Assembly: GCA_963722255.1 (NCBI GenBank)
Contig: CAVRJO010000002.1
Coordinates: 480,001-544,000 of the forward strand
Length of the DNA stretch: 64,000 bases
Reading direction: 5' to 3'
DNA from: Candidatus Babeliales bacterium
Lineage (GTDB): Bacteria > Babelota > Babeliae > Babelales > JANWKD01
The position numbers and the translations under genes were made by a program. Within the stretch, counting starts at the first letter, position 1; each line of letters starts with the position of its first letter. Below the pieces are notes generated by a model, which had not been told where the DNA came from, made no database searches, and was given only the letters and a program-made list of their open reading frames with translations. Positions 58,655-64,000 of the stretch are shown here, piece by piece.

Positions 58655-59776
58655 GATTTTTCCTTTTGTACTATAGTTTCTGCATAGATATAGGGAACAA
58701 TGTGCTCTTCATCAATATGATAGTTAGAATCATTACATAATAATTGCATATCATAATCAACCATTATTTTTACCAATGTTTCAAAATCAACTTTTGGTTG
58801 CCATCCAAGCATAAGACGTGCTTTTTGAGCATCACCCAATAAATAATCAACTTCCGTTGGCCTAAAATATTGCTTATCAATAATAATGAGTGGTTTTTTA
58901 GTTCTTGCATGAACTCCTCGTTCCTCAACTCCTGAACCTATCCATGTAATTGGTATCCCGGTACACAAAAATGCAGCTTCCACAAATTCTCTAACCGAAT
59001 ATGATTGACCGGTTGCTATAACAAAATCATCAGCTTTCTCTTGTTGCAACATTAGCCACATTGCTTCAACATAATCCTTGGCGTAACCCCAATCTCGACT
59101 GCGCATCAAGATTTCCTAAATAGATACTTTCTTGCAATCCTGCTTTAATTCGTGCGACAGCACGTGTTATTTTTCTCGTAACAAATGTTTCGCCACGCAA
59201 GGGTGATTCATGATTAAAAAGAATCCCATTACACGCATACATACCATATGCTTCACGATAATTTACCGTAATCCAATAGGCATACAGTTTTGCAACAGCA
59301 TAAGGAGAACGTGGGTAAAATGGTGTTGTTTCACTTTGTGGATGTGCTTGCACTTTGCCATAGAGTTCACTTGTTGATGCTTGATAAAATCTTGTTTTTT
59401 TAGTTAGACCTAATAATCGAATAGCTTCTAAAATACGTAAGGTACCCAGAGCATCGGCATTTGCTGTATACTCCGGCGTTTCAAAAGAAACGCGAACATG
59501 ACTTTGTGCTGCTAAATTATAAATTTCATCAGGTTGCACTTCCTGAATAATTCTAATTAAATTGGTACTATCGGTTACATCACCATAGTGCAAAATAAAG
59601 TTGTGATTATCATACTCATGTAGATCTTGATAAATATGATCTATACGAGAAGTGTTAAATGAAGATGATCGCCTTTTAATACCATGTACTTGGTAACCCT
59701 TATTGAGCAAAAACTCAGATAAATATGCTCCATCCTGACCGGTAACACCTGTTATAAGCGCCTTCTTAATCTTCAT
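58651..59776 (-). pseudogene. gmd: GDP-mannose 4,6-dehydratase, frameshifted near 59098
   Basis: [25 protein letters not shown] and NHESP in one frame; [10 protein letters not shown] onward in another; one extra base in GCG CAG t CGA GAT TGG. Confidence 0.9.
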
Positions 59777-59974
59777 TACTAAATACCTTTGTACTACATC
59801 TAATAAAACTTTTTTCAAATATTTAATCGTTATACTGCCATTCGTTTGCACAATACACAATTCAGAAAGAACAATCAAGAAGCCTCACTCTAATAGCTAA
59901 CTATTGAAAATTAATAATAACCGGTTTTATGCTACAAAGATGAGTTCAAATACTATATTAAGAGGAGCTTTTTT

Positions 59975-60622
59975 ATGAAAATGCATACATTTTATTTAGG
60001 AATTTTTCTTGCTTCAAGTTGCATAATCGCACAAGTTAATGATGAAAATAACAGTAAAGAAGTCATCCCTTCTGAAAAAAAATTTCATATTGGCCAAGGT
60101 TTAACAATTGAACCCAATGAATGGAGTGCAAATAAGTCATTTGTTGTAAAAAGAACTTCTATTGGTTTAGATAGTGAAGTACGAGAAAAAATAATCAATT
60201 CATTACGTACGTTACTTGCAGATAATTATGTTTTATATACTAAAGCATTAAACTTTCATTGGAACGTCGAAGGAGAACTTTTTAGCCAACTTCATGAATT
60301 TTTTAAAAACCTCTACGAATCGTTACAAGAATCAAATGATCTTCTTGCTGAACGTATTCGGGCATTAGGGGGATATTCACCAGGTTCATTACAACAATTT
60401 CTTGTATTAACACAACTGAAAGAAGATAAAGGTGGGAAACTTAATTATCTTGAAATGCTTCGCATTCTTCTTGCTGACTTTGAAACAATAATTCGCGCAG
60501 TGCGCAGTGCGACTGAATTAACTGCTGAAAATAATGATTGGGGAACCAATAATATGCTTGCAGGAATGCTTGAAGGACTTGAAAAGCAGGCATGGATGAT
60601 TCGCGCGCATTTACAAAAATAA
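59975..60622 (+). CDS. dps: Dps/ferritin-like protein with an N-terminal signal-like extension
   Basis: LYTK..NFHWNV.G..F..LH, D.LAERIRALG, EK.AWM. Confidence 0.88.
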   Translation: MKMHTFYLGIFLASSCIIAQVNDENNSKEVIPSEKKFHIGQGLTIEPNEWSANKSFVVKRTSIGLDSEVREKIINSLRTLLADNYVLYTKALNFHWNVEGELFSQLHEFFKNLYESLQESNDLLAERIRALGGYSPGSLQQFLVLTQLKEDKGGKLNYLEMLRILLADFETIIRAVRSATELTAENNDWGTNNMLAGMLEGLEKQAWMIRAHLQK

Positions 60623-60630
60623 CTTAATCA

Positions 60631-60673
60631 TTTGTAGAAAGCTCAGTTGGTATTTCTGTGAGCTTTCTACAAA
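60631..60673 (+). terminator. terminator hairpin after dps
   Basis: tttgtagaaagctca / tgagctttctacaaa 15-bp perfect stem. Confidence 0.75.
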
Positions 60674-60738
60674 TCCTCAAGCTCAACAACACAAAGAAAT
60701 AAAAAAAACAAATATTTCTCTTGCTTTTTAATGACATT

Positions 60739-60770
60739 TAATGGCAGAATAATGGCAGAATAATGGCAGA
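60739..60770 (+). repeat. 11-bp tandem repeat (taatggcagaa) x3 upstream of the Fic gene
   Basis: Read directly from the sequence; the third copy is 10/11. Confidence 0.85.
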
Positions 60771-60793
60771 TTTTTTTATGAAAATATAAAATT

Positions 60794-61882
60794 ATGTTTG
60801 ATCCTAAGTATACAATAACACCTAAAATAGCATCTATTTTAATGCATATCGAAGCATTAAGGCAAGAAATTGACCATTTATCAATAACATCAAAAGTTCT
60901 TGCAAGTTTACGCGAAACAGCACAACTAAAATCCATTCATTATTCAACCTATATTGAAGGAAATCGCTTAACACAGCAAGAGATCATCGATCTTATTTTT
61001 AAAGAAAAACGTTTCCCCAAAAAAGAACGTGATGAAAAAGAAGTTCTTGGTTATTATACAGCACTCAACTATATAGAATCTCTTATTGCAAAAAAAAATA
61101 TACCAACAGAAGCTACCATTAAATATATTCATGCTTTAGTAATGGCCGGTGGGAAAAAAAAAGTAAAGCCAACACCATATCGAGATGGTCAAAATGTTAT
61201 TCGCGATAGCGCAACCGGCAAAATTGTCTATTTACCCCCAGAATCAAAAGACGTACCACTGCTGATGAGTGATTTGGTTTCTTGGATTTCCAAAAATCAT
61301 ACGATTCTTCCATCTCCTTTGCAGGCAAGCATTACGCATTATCAATTTGCTACAATTCATCCTTATTATGATGGAAATGGGCGAACAGCCCGCTTGCTCA
61401 CAACATTTATAATGCATTTAGGCGGCTATGGTCTTAAAGGTTTATATTCTTTGGAAGAATATTATGCTAAAAATCTCCATAATTATTATAATGCCTTAAC
61501 TATAGGCCCTTCACATAATTACTACTTTGGGAGAGCTGAAGCCGATATCACGCCATGGATTGAATATTTTTGTTCCGGAATCGTGGAGAGCTTTGAACAT
61601 GTAAAAAAAGAAGCTCTAAAAGCACAAAAAAAAGGATCTAAAGATATTTCAAAAGAGTTAGCTACACTTGATATACAACAACGCAAAGTATTTCAGGCAT
61701 TCTCAAAAAAGGAATCGTTTACCACTCATGATATTCTTAAAATATTAAAATTAAAGCCTCGAACCGCTCGCGCATTATGCCAAAAGTGGGTTGAGAGCGG
61801 CTTTTTAATTATTATAGATTCTTCAAAGAAAAATAGAACGTATGCTTTATCTCCTGCTTTATCCACAATTGTATCATCCTGA
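60794..61882 (+). CDS. Fic-domain protein with a C-terminal winged-helix-like region
   Basis: HPYYDGNGRTAR Fic motif; STYIEGN inhibitory-helix motif. Confidence 0.92.
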   Translation: MFDPKYTITPKIASILMHIEALRQEIDHLSITSKVLASLRETAQLKSIHYSTYIEGNRLTQQEIIDLIFKEKRFPKKERDEKEVLGYYTALNYIESLIAKKNIPTEATIKYIHALVMAGGKKKVKPTPYRDGQNVIRDSATGKIVYLPPESKDVPLLMSDLVSWISKNHTILPSPLQASITHYQFATIHPYYDGNGRTARLLTTFIMHLGGYGLKGLYSLEEYYAKNLHNYYNALTIGPSHNYYFGRAEADITPWIEYFCSGIVESFEHVKKEALKAQKKGSKDISKELATLDIQQRKVFQAFSKKESFTTHDILKILKLKPRTARALCQKWVESGFLIIIDSSKKNRTYALSPALSTIVSS

Positions 61883-61912
61883 TCTGAATAATTTAACGCG
61901 AATAATCGAGGT

Positions 61913-61958
61913 TGTCATCCCAAGCGAACGCGCGGCAACCCAGTTATAAAGACTTCTC
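61913..61958. repeat. left half of the GTCAT palindromic element
   Basis: agcgaacgcgcggcaacccagttataaagacttctc is identical to 18204-18239. Confidence 0.8.
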
Positions 61959-62042
61959 CTTTCCTATCTCCTTTACAAAAAATTCCATTCCTTTATTCTG
62001 ATTTCTGGTTTTGATTCAACATGGTAACAAAAAGGTCCCATT

Positions 62043-62516
62043 ATGAATGAACGAATCACTGCTCGAGTTGTTCTTGTAAATGATGAACACAAAGTTCTTC
62101 TTTTAAAAATGCATTTTGACGGAATGAGTTATTGGCTTACACCTGGCGGCAAAATAGATGAAGGTGAAACGCCGTTGGAAGCTGCTCAAAGAGAATTATT
62201 TGAAGAGACCGGCATTAACAATGTTACACTTACCAATCCTCATACCTGGTATCTTGAGCATATTGGCATGTGCCATGGCGTTGAAACATTATTTAAAGAG
62301 CATATTTTTTTAGCATATACTCAAGAAACAAAAGTAAACTTTGATAATCATATTGATTATGAGCGTAATGCAATTACTTCTTATGCCTGGTGGGATATTG
62401 ATGAATTTAAAAATAAACAAGAAATAGTGCGCCCACAGGGATTTATTGATGAACTTGCACTTATTACCTCATTTGATATCAAATCACCTCAACGAAAACC
62501 AATCTTTATACAATAA
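62043..62516 (+). CDS. NUDIX hydrolase
   Basis: PGGKIDEGETPLEAAQRELFEETG Nudix box. Confidence 0.92.
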   Translation: MNERITARVVLVNDEHKVLLLKMHFDGMSYWLTPGGKIDEGETPLEAAQRELFEETGINNVTLTNPHTWYLEHIGMCHGVETLFKEHIFLAYTQETKVNFDNHIDYERNAITSYAWWDIDEFKNKQEIVRPQGFIDELALITSFDIKSPQRKPIFIQ

Positions 62517-62662
62517 TATATATATAACATTGACTAAATTAATACCCATGCTACAATTATTATTAATAAATAATTTTAATTAATTTCCTAATTGAAAAAA
62601 AAATATGATAAAAAAATTAATAACATCTTTTTTATTTTTAGTCACCTTATCATCAGTAAGCA

Positions 62663-63836
62663 CTTAACACCTGACAATTTTAAAAGTAAGCCATAAAGGG
62701 GGAATTTCCAGCAATGACAGTGCGGCTTTCAGAAGAAAGCGAATACCTTTTTTGAAAAAGGAAGTTAAACTGCGCGCAGTTTTTTTTAGAACGTTTTGCA
62801 CGCTCAAGATCTGGCTGCATGCCGGTGGAAACAGCCCAATAATAAGCAACACTTAAAACAAGAATAAGACGTTCTATTCGTTCTGCATGGCGTAACTGAG
62901 TAGTAGTGATATCAAAGCCTCTTGATTTAAAGTCTGAGAACATAGGCTCAATAGACCATCGCATGCCATAATCAAGAACTTTATATTCGGTAGGAACACA
63001 ATCCATAGCAATGATCCAAGGTTCATCTTTGCCTTCATCTTGTAGTGCACCAATGTTAGTTGTAACGCCAGAATTATTCAACTGAACATTGCACAACGAT
63101 GTTTGTTTTAATCTGATAAGCTCGCCAGAACTCAATTCCCCACCATGATGAAAAAGAATAAGATTACCTTTCAAGCGAATGCGGTATCGCCATTTGAAAC
63201 TTTGACATAATTGGATAAGCGCAGGATTCCCATAGAATCTATCCGCCATTAAAATAATTTTTGCATAGCTTGGTATGTTAGCAAACACCGCCTCAAGCAG
63301 TTGTTTTTGAATGGTAAAGCCAATTTCTCCTTGCGTTTTAATTACTCGCCATGCAACAGGAATAGCACGTTCTCCAATTCGCAATGAAACCATAAGACAT
63401 TCAAATTCTTTATTGATTTGACTTTGATCCATTGATAAAACAATGATCTGGCCATTTGCATGTATAAGTTCTATTAATTCAGGGATAAAGCCTTCTAGTA
63501 ACGTATCACAATCAATTTTATCATTGGCAAGCCAACGATTAATATAGCGATAACGCTCCTCATCACTTTTGACTTTTCTTGGCAGCACTGTTGCTAATTC
63601 TGATGTGTTAACATTGCGACATGTTATTACTGATGCTGCTAAATCTGCCAAACCTATCCTTTGTGGCTTGCTTAAACGTATATCTCTCTCTGCTAAATCT
63701 TCTTCGATAACTTTTGCCAAGTGTATTATTGATCCACCCATCATTCTCACCTTATTTACTCCTTTGTTTTTCACAAAGTATACACTTTTTGCAAAACAGA
63801 GTCTTTGATGAGTGTTAAATTTTGTCAGGTGTTAAG
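62663..63836 (-). mobile_element. IS4-family insertion sequence
   Basis: Inverted ends cttaacacctgacaa / ttgtcaggtgttaag; 9-bp duplication cagtaagca at 62654-62662 and 63837-63845. Confidence 0.92.
62680..63774 (-). CDS. IS4-family DDE transposase, with a probable frameshift near the C-terminus
   Basis: MDQS, MADRFYG, YGMRWSIEPMFSDFKSRGF; A8 run at 62780-62787 with an alternative tail in ORF 62664..62852. Confidence 0.88.
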   Translation of the reverse strand: MKNKGVNKVRMMGGSIIHLAKVIEEDLAERDIRLSKPQRIGLADLAASVITCRNVNTSELATVLPRKVKSDEERYRYINRWLANDKIDCDTLLEGFIPELIELIHANGQIIVLSMDQSQINKEFECLMVSLRIGERAIPVAWRVIKTQGEIGFTIQKQLLEAVFANIPSYAKIILMADRFYGNPALIQLCQSFKWRYRIRLKGNLILFHHGGELSSGELIRLKQTSLCNVQLNNSGVTTNIGALQDEGKDEPWIIAMDCVPTEYKVLDYGMRWSIEPMFSDFKSRGFDITTTQLRHAERIERLILVLSVAYYWAVSTGMQPDLERAKRSKKNCAQFNFLFQKRYSLSSESRTVIAGNSPFMAYF

Positions 63837-64000
63837 CAGTAAGCATGGAGAGGCTTTTACTTGAGAAACAAAAAATCCAAAATAAAATAGAAAACCAAAA
63901 CTTCTTAACCAATCTAAATCTTTTTGAGCCTACAAATCTTAGCCAGTATGAAGCACAACTGAATAATGAGCTAACTTCTCGTTGGAGACGTATATACCAT

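Larger units (their letters stand above)
62605..64000 (+). pseudogene. secreted hypothetical gene interrupted by an IS4-like element; runs off the window
   Basis: Removing 62663..63845 gives an open frame MIKKLITSFLFLVTLSSVS-MERLLLEKQKIQNK... Confidence 0.75.

Noticed and set aside
2487..63808. Many 60-125 aa ORFs nested in or antisense to longer genes
   Set aside because: They overlap well-supported CDSs and show no motifs, so they are treated as chance frames

Overview
AT-rich bacterial DNA. The gene content suggests a protist-associated intracellular bacterium, most likely Candidatus Dependentiae (TM6/Babelota); this is inferred and not tested. The window holds many orphan proteins with signal peptides, eukaryote-like F-box, BTB/Skp1, LRR, ankyrin and CaaX features, and scattered housekeeping genes (sufU, sufS, a cysteine synthase-family enzyme, a GH3 hexosaminidase, tag, ogt, gmd/fcl, dps, a Fic protein, NUDIX and HAD hydrolases). 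The main locus is 29.5-41.1 kb, a minus-strand operon reading AAA+ ATPase, 959-aa polymorphic-toxin-like protein, TPR-like putative immunity protein, then three tandem CdiI(ECL)-like immunity genes linked by 100-bp repeats. A 4.7-kb opposite-strand module is inserted in it. That module encodes two HTH antidote-like proteins and a fusion of zinc-ribbon repeats, an SF2 helicase and an Rrp8/NML-like methyltransferase. Other highlights are a Met(-Glu) residue that recurs right after signal peptides, three paralogous secreted proteins ending in CaaX boxes, a vanadium haloperoxidase, three complete IS elements with visible terminal repeats and target duplications, a nested MITE/palindrome element, several cassette-like duplications, and two genes broken by single lesions. 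No rRNA, tRNA or CRISPR array was recognised. All family assignments come from motifs read by eye, without database searches.
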